Below the pieces are notes generated by a model. The model ran no database searches, was not told the DNA's origin, and worked only from the letters and a program-made list of their open reading frames with translations. A stretch of 64,000 bases of DNA, taken from a virus. Its lineage: Duplodnaviria; Caudoviricetes. The position numbers and the translations under genes are program-made. Shown piece by piece: positions 9,865 to 19,100 of the stretch (the first letter of the stretch is position 1; the number at the start of each line of letters is the position of its first letter). The stretch is taken from positions 18,928 to 82,927 of IMG/VR virus record IMGVR_UViG_3300010052_000153. One strand, given 5' to 3'.

Positions 9865-10242
9865 CTATGCCTCGGACAGATGAACGATGATTCTGGTGTG
9901 CGTCCGGTCATCGACATAGACGACCTCAAACCAAGGCTGTCCCCGGCGCGACAAGGCACGAACCTTGTCTTTTTTCCGGATCACCGGACCGTCATAGGTC
10001 GCAGCATCGATGTGTAGCGTTGCCGGACTGGCGGCAACCGAGCCTTCCCACTCACTCGCGCGTCCCAACGGACTAACTTTCGAAGTGGTGCGCAGCGGCG
10101 CCTCCAGTTCGATATCCGTGCGATCAGGGTCGTTCTTCCCATCCTTCTTGAAGGCAATCCGGACGAGTTCGGCGAAGGCCGTGTCGACGGCCCTCACTGT
10201 TTTGTCACGCAACGAATGAAAACGCGCGGGAGCAATAGGCAT
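9865..10242 (-). CDS. Head-tail joining (head closure) protein
   Basis: Position after the major capsid gene; beta-rich 125 aa. Confidence 0.55.
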   Translation of the reverse strand: MPIAPARFHSLRDKTVRAVDTAFAELVRIAFKKDGKNDPDRTDIELEAPLRTTSKVSPLGRASEWEGSVAASPATLHIDAATYDGPVIRKKDKVRALSRRGQPWFEVVYVDDRTHTRIIVHLSEA

Positions 10243-10267
10243 CTGCGTTACTCCCGCGGTTTATCCG

Positions 10268-11299
10268 TTAGGTGTTCTTGGCGCGCAATAGCGAACCGGG
10301 ACGCGTGCAGATGTGCAGTGTGTTCGTCTGCGTCTCGCCGTTGACGCCCTTGCCGTTGGCCATCGGCCACTGCTTGGCGTATCGAGCCTTACCGAGCGTA
10401 TTGACGGTCTCGACGTAATCGGCGGGGCCGTAATAGGTGCGGAAGAGGCCCGGTACGCCCATCGGGACGAACTTCGCTTCGCCCGTGGCGATGCCGAGCA
10501 GTGCACCGTCGCCGGTGTCCTCAATCGCGCCGTAGTTCTCCCACACGATGCCGCCGAACTCGAACATCGGATTGTCGCCGCGGTTGCGACCGATGTACGA
10601 CTCGCGAAGGATGCGCGCCTCACCCCAGCCGTGGTAGGTATCGCGAACTTCCTTGTGCGACAGAAGCTGGTCGAAGAACGTGTCGCCAACAAATGCGTGG
10701 AGGTAGTTGAAACCGATCCCGCGCAGCGACTTCTTTGCCTCACGAATCTTGGCGACGCATGCCTTTCGCAGAACACCTTCAGTTGGCGCGGCGTTGTCGA
10801 GATCGAAGTCCGTTTCAGCCGGCTGCGCAACACCGAACTCGGTAAACAAGTTGAGCGTGTCGCCGCCCTTGTAGGTAACAATGCCCTTGATGGCGCCAAT
10901 GCGGCTATACTCATCCGTGAGGTCGAGGTCCTGCACGTTCAGAGCCAGCTTCTGGCCAACCACCTGCTGCACCGTCTGAAGCTGCGACTCGGAGCCATAG
11001 GCGCGGACGCCCTGAACCTCGTCAGCAATCACCGACCAGTCGCGCTGAAAATGCGGGATGGTGAGATTCTTCATCGTGCGCTTCGGCGTATCGCGCTGAT
11101 CGCCGGGGCCACCACGAGGCGTCGGTGCAACAAGCTGAATGGTGTCGCCAACGCGCTCGATTGCGATAGTCAGCGTAGCGACGGAAGAAGTGGAGAAGAG
11201 ACCGAGTTCGCCAAGGCGACCGGGACGATGCGCGACTTCGTTGACGGCATCAGTCAGCGCGACGACGCCGAAGGCGTCATCGTTAAAAATATCAAGCAT
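10268..11299 (-). CDS. Major capsid protein (lambda gpE family)
   Basis: MLDIFNDDAF...LGLF...TPRGGP...ADEVQGVRAYG...TQTNTLHICTRP. Confidence 0.92.
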   Translation of the reverse strand: MLDIFNDDAFGVVALTDAVNEVAHRPGRLGELGLFSTSSVATLTIAIERVGDTIQLVAPTPRGGPGDQRDTPKRTMKNLTIPHFQRDWSVIADEVQGVRAYGSESQLQTVQQVVGQKLALNVQDLDLTDEYSRIGAIKGIVTYKGGDTLNLFTEFGVAQPAETDFDLDNAAPTEGVLRKACVAKIREAKKSLRGIGFNYLHAFVGDTFFDQLLSHKEVRDTYHGWGEARILRESYIGRNRGDNPMFEFGGIVWENYGAIEDTGDGALLGIATGEAKFVPMGVPGLFRTYYGPADYVETVNTLGKARYAKQWPMANGKGVNGETQTNTLHICTRPGSLLRAKNT

Positions 11300-11374
11300 G
11301 GAGGTTCCAAAAAGAAAAACCCCCGAACGCCATAGCGTCGAGGGCTCAAAAGGAATGGAAGGTGACTGCGCGCT

Positions 11375-11746
11375 TTAGCGCGAGATGATACCGACCGCGG
11401 CAAGCTGCGTGCGCTTGGCCGCCTTCTTAGTGTCGTCGTTCACAGTGGCGTCATAAGACAGCGCAAAGGTCTTGACCTCTGAGTCCCGCGTAATGGCCGA
11501 GACCTTCACATCAGCGGACGTCGCATCAACTTTGTATAGGTTGATCGCGACTGCAGTCTCGCCGCCATCGGAGCCGGTCGCCGTCGACGGCTTGTACTTG
11601 CCGCTGGCGGTGATCTTGGCCAGGACAGTGCCGGGCTCGATGACCCCAGCACCGGATACGATGGTGATCACGTCGCGGCTGCGGTGGCCGCTGGCCTCGG
11701 AAAAAAGAAACTCAGCCGCGTGACGGCCTTCGGTAAAAGTGGGCAT
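11375..11746 (-). CDS. Head decoration protein (lambda gpD-like)
   Basis: SRDVITI...GTVLAKITASGKY...DGGETAVAI...LAAVGII. Confidence 0.88.
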   Translation of the reverse strand: MPTFTEGRHAAEFLFSEASGHRSRDVITIVSGAGVIEPGTVLAKITASGKYKPSTATGSDGGETAVAINLYKVDATSADVKVSAITRDSEVKTFALSYDATVNDDTKKAAKRTQLAAVGIISR

Positions 11747-11761
11747 ATCGGTCGATCCAGA

Positions 11762-12892
11762 TTACTTCGTGCCGTTGTTCAGCTTGGCCATCACATTGCC
11801 CCAACCATAGTTGGTGGCCTTGGCCGAGGCGGTGTGGGCGGGTGCAAGGTGCGCACCGGCAAGGCGGTTGGCCTCATATTCGGCGGCCGGGTCCGGCGCC
11901 GTGGCCACGGCAGGCGCAAGAGGTGTGGTCGCCGCAGGCGCTGTGGCCGTAGGCGATTCAGCGCCAGCAGGCGCTGCGGCAAGAACGTCCTTAATCTCGT
12001 CGACGGTCATCTTCGACAGATACAGCTTCTCGGCCAGCGCCTCGCGATTCTTGGCTTCCGGCAACGCGAGAATAGCGGCGCGACGCGCTCGGTCGTTCTT
12101 GACTGCGTCATCGGCAGCCGTCGCAGTTGCGGCAAGGTCGGCTTCAAGCTTCGCCTTGTCAGCCTTCAGGGTTGCCACTTCCGCGGCGAGGTTTTCATTC
12201 GGCATCAGGTCGATGTCCTCATGGGTAGGAGCGGCCGAAGCCGATTTGGTCTGATGGGTGGAAAGCTGCTCGGCCATCGACCAACCGTTGGCCTTCGACA
12301 GCGCGGCCAAGCGGCGCGGCGCGTTTGAATAGGCACGGTAGTCGAAGGCGGCTGCCTTGGCCGATGACTTAGTGGCGGTCTTTTTGCCCGCATGGTCTGC
12401 GAAGCCTGCGGCGACCGCCGCCTCTCCGTCGTACCAAGTTTCGGCCTTCATGATTTCGCGTGCTTCGGCGGGCGTCTTGCCGCTTCTGGACGCATAAATC
12501 CGCGCGTAGGCGACCGCATAAGCTTCAAGCTCTTCGATCGTCTTTGCGTGATCGGCGGAATTGCCGATGGTGATGTTAAGCGGGTCATGGATCATGAGCA
12601 CCGCGCCATCGGCCATCGTGATGGTATCGCCCGCCATCGCAATCAGCGATGCCGCGCTAGCCGCAATGCCTTCGACAACGATGGCGACATCACCCTCGTA
12701 CGAAACCAGAGCAGCATGGATGGCGGCACCTTCGGCAGCGATTCCGCCGCCGCTGTTGAGCCGAACCGTGATATCGCCATCCATTCTCGCCAGCGCAGCG
12801 ACAAGCTGCGCGTGGGTAAAGCCGTCGTCGAACCAATCGGCGCCGACCGTACCGAGGAGGTGGACCTCCTGGCCATTGACTTGAATTGTCAT
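11762..12892 (-). CDS. ClpP-like prohead protease with scaffold C-terminus
   Basis: RLNSGGG...GIAASAASLIAMAGD...MIHDP...ETWY; start at MTIQVNG. Confidence 0.9.
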   Translation of the reverse strand: MTIQVNGQEVHLLGTVGADWFDDGFTHAQLVAALARMDGDITVRLNSGGGIAAEGAAIHAALVSYEGDVAIVVEGIAASAASLIAMAGDTITMADGAVLMIHDPLNITIGNSADHAKTIEELEAYAVAYARIYASRSGKTPAEAREIMKAETWYDGEAAVAAGFADHAGKKTATKSSAKAAAFDYRAYSNAPRRLAALSKANGWSMAEQLSTHQTKSASAAPTHEDIDLMPNENLAAEVATLKADKAKLEADLAATATAADDAVKNDRARRAAILALPEAKNREALAEKLYLSKMTVDEIKDVLAAAPAGAESPTATAPAATTPLAPAVATAPDPAAEYEANRLAGAHLAPAHTASAKATNYGWGNVMAKLNNGTK

Positions 12893-12903
12893 GGATCGTT
12901 TCG

Positions 12904-13125
12904 CTAGTAGGGGCGACTGAAGCGCGCCCGGATGGCGTACCGTCGACGTCGTCCGGAGCACTGGCCCGAGTGGTAATCGATGAGCCGCTGCAACGCAGCC
13001 GTATCGGCCTTGTGATAGCGGATTTCGTCTTCGCCAAAGCGGACGACCTGCACACTGTCGCCAGTGATGATCGCAGTCAAAATGCCGGTTAGGCGCTCTG
13101 CCTCAGCGCAATGATCCACCATCAA
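12904..13125 (-). CDS. Head-tail adaptor (lambda gpW-like)
   Basis: 73 aa, VRFGEDEIRY, located between portal and protease. Confidence 0.7.
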   Translation of the reverse strand: MMVDHCAEAERLTGILTAIITGDSVQVVRFGEDEIRYHKADTAALQRLIDYHSGQCSGRRRRYAIRARFSRPY

Positions 13126-14729
13126 GCCGCCCTCCGACTAGAATTGTCGTTCGCCGGCTGCATGGCCGCGCCGTCAGGACCACCCCCGCCGGTCGATCGG
13201 CCGAAGGGAACTGGAATGCCTCGCTTCGTGAGGTCCGCGATTTCCGCTTCCTGCTTCTCGCGGAGCGCGGCGGCATCCTTGCCCATCAGCATCGCTTCGT
13301 CCTCAAGCGTTGATAGCCCGGTTTCGATGCGAACTTTCGCCGCCATTGCCGATTTATAGTCATCGGCTGTCGGCTGGGCCGGCCCTGCCCACTCTGCGTT
13401 GCAGACCTTCTCGCGGTTGGCCGCAAACGCCTCGTAGCCACCCTTGAACGGGATCCTACCAGCGCCAATCATCTCGTCTAGCCACGGGTCGTATGCGCCC
13501 TGGCAGAACGGCGCAACAATGCGCGTCCGCCTCCGCATCACTAGCGGCCAAATAGACGAGATCGCCATCCGCACCGAGGAGTAGTTTGCGTTGGAATGAT
13601 CCATCGCAAATGACTCGAAGGTCACACCCAACCGCCTCGCCATTTCGCGTTGCAGGTTTTGGCTGAACGGAATGTAGTTGCTGCCTGGCATCGACGTGGT
13701 GTGGAGTTCCAGCTCCTCACCCGGCCCAAGATGATTGATGCGGCCGTGGTCCGATAACGTGACGCCGTGGTCCTTCAGCGATGCAAGCCGCTGCTCCCAC
13801 ACTGCGAAGAGGTCATCGGCGAGCTCTGGCTCGTCGTCGGCCAATTCTCGAATGGCATCGAACGCTGCATCTGACGGCTCGGGCGACTTGATGGTTGCTG
13901 CGAACGCCGTCTGCAGGAGTGCCGTTGTCAACGTGGCGTCGGCGAGTTGGTCGTATTGGGCGGCCACCTTCAAGATGGGCGCCAAGACCGAGATGCCGCG
14001 CGGGCTGTCAGGGTTTTCACCGCGGTCAAACACGTGAATGACACGACGAAGCGGACCAGCCCATGCCGGGAGGTCAAAGTCGTAGTCCATTCCGCGCTGA
14101 CGGCCGACGAACCGATACTGGTACGGCCGACCGTTGTCGTCGTGGAAGATGCCTTGGTCGAGACCGAGGTACTCGTTGGTTTCCCGCTTCAAACGATGCG
14201 GTGCCACAAGCGAAACCTTGGTGCCGGTCTTTCCGCCGTAGCGACGACGCTGGCGTGCCGACATGTAGTCGACCACGCCGACCGCCTCACCGCCGGCCAG
14301 GTAATAGCGCATCACGCCGTCTAGGTGATCGGCCAGCGTGGAGACCCCGCGAAAATCATACTCGCGAGGATTCCAGACATGGAGGTTCCACTCTTGCTCG
14401 ACCAACTTGACCCATTCAGCGCGCTCCTTGTCATCGAAGCCCAGCGCCGACAGAACTGGCCGGGCCGACAACTTGATCTCATCGCCGATGGTGTCGGTAA
14501 TGATCTGGTCAGCGGCGCCAGCAAGCCATCCACTGTTCTGAATGATGTCCCATGCCAAGGCCGAGGCCCGCTCAGCGGCATTGCGGACGTTGTCCGAGCC
14601 GTCGCGCGTCACAGCGCGGCGCATCGACAAAATGCCACTGCCGTTCTCACGCAAATACTGCGACCGCGCCGGACGCCGCGTTGCCGCACCATGCGACGGA
14701 CGCCCCATGAGCCAATCAATGAACTTCAT
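13122..14729 (-). CDS. Portal protein (lambda family)
   Basis: RGISVLAPIL...DYSNANYSSVR-like motif; follows terminase; ends PANDNSSRRAA. Confidence 0.92.
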   Translation of the reverse strand: MKFIDWLMGRPSHGAATRRPARSQYLRENGSGILSMRRAVTRDGSDNVRNAAERASALAWDIIQNSGWLAGAADQIITDTIGDEIKLSARPVLSALGFDDKERAEWVKLVEQEWNLHVWNPREYDFRGVSTLADHLDGVMRYYLAGGEAVGVVDYMSARQRRRYGGKTGTKVSLVAPHRLKRETNEYLGLDQGIFHDDNGRPYQYRFVGRQRGMDYDFDLPAWAGPLRRVIHVFDRGENPDSPRGISVLAPILKVAAQYDQLADATLTTALLQTAFAATIKSPEPSDAAFDAIRELADDEPELADDLFAVWEQRLASLKDHGVTLSDHGRINHLGPGEELELHTTSMPGSNYIPFSQNLQREMARRLGVTFESFAMDHSNANYSSVRMAISSIWPLVMRRRTRIVAPFCQGAYDPWLDEMIGAGRIPFKGGYEAFAANREKVCNAEWAGPAQPTADDYKSAMAAKVRIETGLSTLEDEAMLMGKDAAALREKQEAEIADLTKRGIPVPFGRSTGGGGPDGAAMQPANDNSSRRAA

Positions 14730-16717
14730 CGGTAGGCTCCCCACCGTTCCCGTTTGCGCAGCCGCTTGCGTTGCGGCAGCAAAACTTCGGCCGCGTCATC
14801 GTCGACGGGTGGCACGTTGTCGTTTACGGGCACGTTCTCAGCCGCAGGCGCGACTTCTGGCGACGTTTCAGTTGTGTCGCCGTCTTCGGCTATCGCCCGC
14901 TGCATCTCGGCCCGTGAAGGTGGCGCTTTGTCCAACTTGATCGGCAGAGACATGCGTGCCGCCAGCGCCAACACCAAGCAGTCCCAGGCCTCGTTGCGGG
15001 CTCCGGTGGTCTTCTTCTGCCACGACCGTATCGGCTTGTTCTTGACGTACTTGACGACGGCATGCTCGGATGTGAGCTGCTCGAAATAGTCCGCGCTGAG
15101 GCCTATCGCCGGAAAGTGCACAGCGCGTGCGGTCGGCGCGTTCATGTCCGGAACGATCGCAAGCCTGGACGAGATGTCGTCCTTGGCCGTGTCCACGCCG
15201 ACAGTATAGATTTTGTCGCCCGTGTTCTTGGATCGCCCGGCCGTCTTCGGCCAGATCATGCGAGGCGCTTGCGGATTAGGATTTCCGCGACCGATGGTCG
15301 GATAGATCTTTCGCCGCTTTCGATCACGGCAGAATTTGTGCACCATCTCAGATCGGTGGCCCGCACTGTCGACACAGCCAGCCTTAGCGAAAAGCTTCCG
15401 CCCCTCGTCCGTCTCGCATGGTTCGGCAATCAGGCGATCAAAGCGTTCCCAAACCGGAGGCTTGGACGTGTCACCATGTAGCACTTCATGTCGGGCAACC
15501 CATGACTCGCTGTTCGCACCCCATCCGACGAACGTCACCTCAATGCGGTCGTCCTGAGTGTCCGCCCCGAAAGTCAGAAGGCGCACATCAGACGGCAACG
15601 TCTCGTGATTGTACGGTTCGCAGCGCGCCTTCAGAAGTTCAGGGTCGGTAACTTCGACCGCCTCCTCATAAGGAAGGCCGAGCACCAGGTTGATGAACGT
15701 CTGTTTGCGCTTCGGATCCTTGTAGACCTCGATCCATTCGGCAGCGAGGTGACGCCAAGCAGCATTCGGGAAAAGACTATAGGCTGACCAGATGTGAAAG
15801 CCCGCGTGCCCCTTCGACGGCTTCGAAGCCACCCACTCGCCAGCGTTAATCATCGCAAGCTTGTGATGCTCTTCAATCCGGCATCCGTCGCTTTCGCAAC
15901 GAAAGTATGCCGTCTCCGTTAGGTGTTCACCGGTCTCAGATTTGTCCCACTTCAGATTTTCCCACTTGAGGGTCTGCCTATGCCCGCAGTGCGGGCAAGG
16001 AACGTGGTAGTGCCTCTGGTCGCTAAGCTCCCATGATTTCTCAATGCGGCTGACGCCTTTTATGGTCGGCGTCGACCCCAACAGAATCTTCCTGTTCCAA
16101 AAGCTCTCGGTGCGCTTCGTGCCGAGCGCGATCTGGTCGCCCTCATCACCAGCGCCCTGCGCCGGATAGCCATCGACCTCGTCGAATGCGACGATGCGGG
16201 CTGTGATGCGACGGAAACCGCCTGGCGCGTTTGCACCGACGAACGCCACGGATGCGCCATTGCGAAACAGGCGCTTCTCGACGCGTTGCGATGCATCCTT
16301 AGACTTCAGATCACCGGCAATGGCCGCCAGCACCGGGGTGTCGCGCAGCATGGGCGCGACTTCCGTGCGGCTGTAGTCCTCGGCATCTTCGACGCGAGGC
16401 TGCACCACAAGAATTGGCGCCGGGTCTTGATGAATGAAGTAGCCGACAACGTGATCGAGGATCTTCGTGTAGCCAACGCGGGCTGACTTCTTTACCGTGA
16501 TCTTCTGCACGGACGGGTCGGTGACCGCGTCCATGATGCCGTCCTGATAGCGGAACGACTTGAACTTGCCCGCGTCGGCGCTCGTCTCAACGGAGAGGTA
16601 GGCGTACCTGTCCGCCCACTGGCTGACAGACAACTTCGGAGGAGGCTTTAAGGCCTCGTTGCCAGAACGGCGAAGCCTATCAAGGAGCCGGCTTGAACCG
16701 ACCTTGTATCGACTCAC
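14726..16717 (-). CDS. Terminase large subunit (lambda GpA family)
   Basis: KSARVGYTK, FDEVDGYP, STPT, CPHCG, NEAWDC motifs; probable GTG start at 16717. Confidence 0.95.
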   Translation of the reverse strand: MSRYKVGSSRLLDRLRRSGNEALKPPPKLSVSQWADRYAYLSVETSADAGKFKSFRYQDGIMDAVTDPSVQKITVKKSARVGYTKILDHVVGYFIHQDPAPILVVQPRVEDAEDYSRTEVAPMLRDTPVLAAIAGDLKSKDASQRVEKRLFRNGASVAFVGANAPGGFRRITARIVAFDEVDGYPAQGAGDEGDQIALGTKRTESFWNRKILLGSTPTIKGVSRIEKSWELSDQRHYHVPCPHCGHRQTLKWENLKWDKSETGEHLTETAYFRCESDGCRIEEHHKLAMINAGEWVASKPSKGHAGFHIWSAYSLFPNAAWRHLAAEWIEVYKDPKRKQTFINLVLGLPYEEAVEVTDPELLKARCEPYNHETLPSDVRLLTFGADTQDDRIEVTFVGWGANSESWVARHEVLHGDTSKPPVWERFDRLIAEPCETDEGRKLFAKAGCVDSAGHRSEMVHKFCRDRKRRKIYPTIGRGNPNPQAPRMIWPKTAGRSKNTGDKIYTVGVDTAKDDISSRLAIVPDMNAPTARAVHFPAIGLSADYFEQLTSEHAVVKYVKNKPIRSWQKKTTGARNEAWDCLVLALAARMSLPIKLDKAPPSRAEMQRAIAEDGDTTETSPEVAPAAENVPVNDNVPPVDDDAAEVLLPQRKRLRKRERWGAYR

Positions 16718-17255
16718 GGAGTACCCCGTAGTCGTCTTCCCGAGGTGCATCGATCGTCAACTCGTTCAAGGCGGCGATCACTTCCTCGTCAATCATCTCC
16801 TTGATTTCCTCGGCTGAACGCAGCGCCACGAGGCGCGGAGCAACCTTCGACCCGATGTTCAGGAGACGATTGCGCACCAGCGCCAATTCACTAGCGACCG
16901 CCACCACAACATCATCGATCTCCGCGACGGAGCCGGCTTGGCGGTCATACTCAAGCTGTTTCAGCAGGGCGGCATAGTTCTCTTTGACGCGTTCGGCGTC
17001 GGCCTTTGACAGCAGCGCCTGGCCGTTGGCGACCATGCGTGCGAAAGCTTCTTCGACACCTGTGTCATCATCGCCATCTGTTACCTCCGGTAACAGAATG
17101 CCCTGCTTGCGAAGAGCTTTGTCGGAAGCATCGAAGTCAACTTCGTCGTCTTCCGTGAAAACCAACAGACCGCGCTGTTTCCAACCGGTCACGGTCTTTC
17201 GCGAGACCTCTCGGTGCGCCGCATAGGCGGCTTGATTGCCGGTCTCGCCGTTCAA
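16680..17255 (-). CDS. Terminase small subunit (Nu1-like)
   Basis: N-terminal wHTH (QAAYAAHREVSRKTVTGWKQRG) plus coiled coil; overlaps TerL. Confidence 0.85.
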   Translation of the reverse strand: MNGETGNQAAYAAHREVSRKTVTGWKQRGLLVFTEDDEVDFDASDKALRKQGILLPEVTDGDDDTGVEEAFARMVANGQALLSKADAERVKENYAALLKQLEYDRQAGSVAEIDDVVVAVASELALVRNRLLNIGSKVAPRLVALRSAEEIKEMIDEEVIAALNELTIDAPREDDYGVLRESIQGRFKPAP

Positions 17256-17295
17256 GCTGTTACCCCCTTTTTGGGGTCTAAACCTACAGACATTT

Positions 17296-17340
17296 CGGGG
17301 CTCCGCGTCCGTAGGGGGTCAAAAGAAAGAAAAGGGTTCC
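17296..17340 (-). other. Candidate cos site (cosQ/cosN-like)
   Basis: Minus strand GAACCCT-23 nt-GACGCGGAGCCC flanked by TACG and CG, the same geometry as lambda GGGTCCT-23 nt-GGGCGGCGACCT; just upstream of the small terminase. Confidence 0.5.
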
Positions 17341-17379
17341 TAACCGGAGGGGGGTCCCCTCCCTGTAGTGCTGTGTGTC

Positions 17380-17958
17380 CTAAGACACCACCCCCTTGGT
17401 GATCTGCCTGATGATGTGCTCCGCGCGCGGCTGCACTTCGGCTGCCTTGGACTGAAAGGCTTCAGCGATGCTGCCCTTCAGAACTTCCTCCGGGATGTAC
17501 AATCCAGAGTCAGCTACCTTGATAGGCCATCGGCCCGCGCCGACACGTTCCATCACGTGGCCATTCCAGTTCGGCTTGTTCACGCGATTTGGCCACCAGC
17601 CTGCTCGCATGAATTTGCCTTTGAACACCTGCCTTTTGTTCCAAGGTGCAGCGGATGTACCTTTGCGGACTTCGCGCGCCTTGAAATACTTCAGGGCGAC
17701 GTCACCGCCCCGCGTGTGTATGGTGTATGACAGCGTGCCCGGTGTGGAGCGTGTGCGCTTCGCAACGGCGCGTCGACCAGTGGCGGAAGACAATCCAGTT
17801 TGGCCAGGAATGGCACGACCTGTAGCGGTAGCTGCCTTGGCGCCTACGTCGTTGATAGCAAGGCTATAAGCGCGTTTGGCGCGGTTTTCCCCAAGGGTCC
17901 GCGCCGCACGCTCAAGCTTTTTGTGGCCATCGCCGACAAGGGTGACTTTGATAGTCAC
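17380..17958 (-). CDS. Lambda gpZ-like tail/neck completion protein
   Basis: RAYSLAINDVGAKAATATGRAI...PIKV...GLYIPEEV pattern. Confidence 0.55.
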   Translation of the reverse strand: MTIKVTLVGDGHKKLERAARTLGENRAKRAYSLAINDVGAKAATATGRAIPGQTGLSSATGRRAVAKRTRSTPGTLSYTIHTRGGDVALKYFKAREVRKGTSAAPWNKRQVFKGKFMRAGWWPNRVNKPNWNGHVMERVGAGRWPIKVADSGLYIPEEVLKGSIAEAFQSKAAEVQPRAEHIIRQITKGVVS

Positions 17959-18170
17959 GCTTGCTCCAGTGCTTCATCCGGAAAGGTGGTCTCGTTCAGC
18001 TTGTCGCCGTCGAACCACGCGACATCGACATCGCCGCAATCGCAGGTGTCGAGAACGGTCATTTCGGGGCCGCCTGATACAAGGCGAACGACGTCTCCGA
18101 CCTGGAGGGTATAGACATCATCAGTAGGTGGCGAAAGCCAGACCCTACCGCCTAGGATATTGTGCATCAC
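17955..18170 (-). CDS. YodC/DUF2158 family small protein
   Basis: GDVVRLVSGGPEMTV...VAWFDG...FPDEAL. Confidence 0.8.
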   Translation of the reverse strand: MMHNILGGRVWLSPPTDDVYTLQVGDVVRLVSGGPEMTVLDTCDCGDVDVAWFDGDKLNETTFPDEALEQA

Positions 18171-18191
18171 TGTCTCCGTCAGTGCGAATTT

Positions 18192-18266
18192 TGGTCAAGG
18201 TGGTGGGACTAGAACCCACGTTCCGAGCTTCCAAAGCTCAGCGATTAGCCGCCATCTTCCACCCTG
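18192..18266 (-). tRNA. tRNA-Pro(TGG)
   Basis: CAGGGTG/CACCTTG acceptor stem, loop TTTGGAA, GGTTCTAGTCC T-arm, encoded CCA. Confidence 0.8.
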
Positions 18267-18541
18267 CAAGGGTGGGTCGCGGTCGGTCTTCGGCGCTCAT
18301 TTGAAGATGCTCCCGAGAGAAGGCTGTACGGCGTTCCGTAGGGCGAGCCAGTATATTCGGGCCATCCCTTTGACTGCCGTGCATGACAGTACGGCGTCGC
18401 ACTGGCGCAGAAGCGCGAGGGTGTCGTTTATGGTAATCTCCGCTTTGAAAGGAGACCGATTGTCGTGCAAATTTGCGCACTCGGTCCAACATGCGCGATG
18501 ACTGGCAGGTCGCCTTATCGATGCGGTGCCAGCCGGAGGGT

Positions 18542-18618
18542 TGGTTGCGGGGGTCGGATTTGAACCGACGACCTCCAGCTTATGAGGCTGGCGAGCTACC
18601 GGGCTGCTCTACCCCGCA
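18542..18618 (-). tRNA. tRNA-Met(CAT) with initiator-like body
   Basis: TGCGGGGTAGAGCAGCCCGGTAGCTCGCCAGCCTCATAAGCTGGAGGTCGTCGGTTCAAATCCGACCCCCGCAACCA. Confidence 0.9.
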
Positions 18619-18627
18619 TCATGCAAT

Positions 18628-18717
18628 TGGTGGGCTTCCAAGGATTCGAACCTCACGGCACCGACCCGGCTTATATCTAGCCATCCGGGTTACAGCCGGA
18701 CGCCGGGAAAGAAGCCC
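18628..18717 (-). tRNA. Atypical tRNA-Tyr(GTA)-like RNA lacking a normal D arm
   Basis: GGGCTTC/GAAGCCC-A-CCA acceptor, TCCGG-CTGTAAC-CCGGA anticodon arm, GGTTCGAATCC T-loop; only 10 nt where the D arm should be. Confidence 0.6.
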
Positions 18718-19100
18718 ATAGCGCCGCCTTTGCAACCGCCGATGAATTGTTAGGGCCTTGCACCCCTATGTTCGGACGTCCTATCGCTTCACGTCTAAGC
18801 TTGGCCTGTCGGCCAAAAGGTGCCCGGCCATCAACCTTTCGGGAAGCCGGGCAAAGCACCCGTCAGCGCGTCGGAGAACCACGCGACAGGTGTGGACCGC
18901 GCCGGGCGCGGGACAATAGCGCCGGCAGTCGCTTGCCTATTATCCGCTCGCCGGGCGGGGCTATTTAGTTACCCCGCGCTGGGCGGGGTCGGTCGTCTTG
19001 AATGGCAGCGACGCACCGAACTGTGAAAGGGGTTGGCTGTCTTTTGGACATTGTCCGTGCCCTTCCCAAAGTTCGAAGCAAACTGGTTATACCCACCCTG

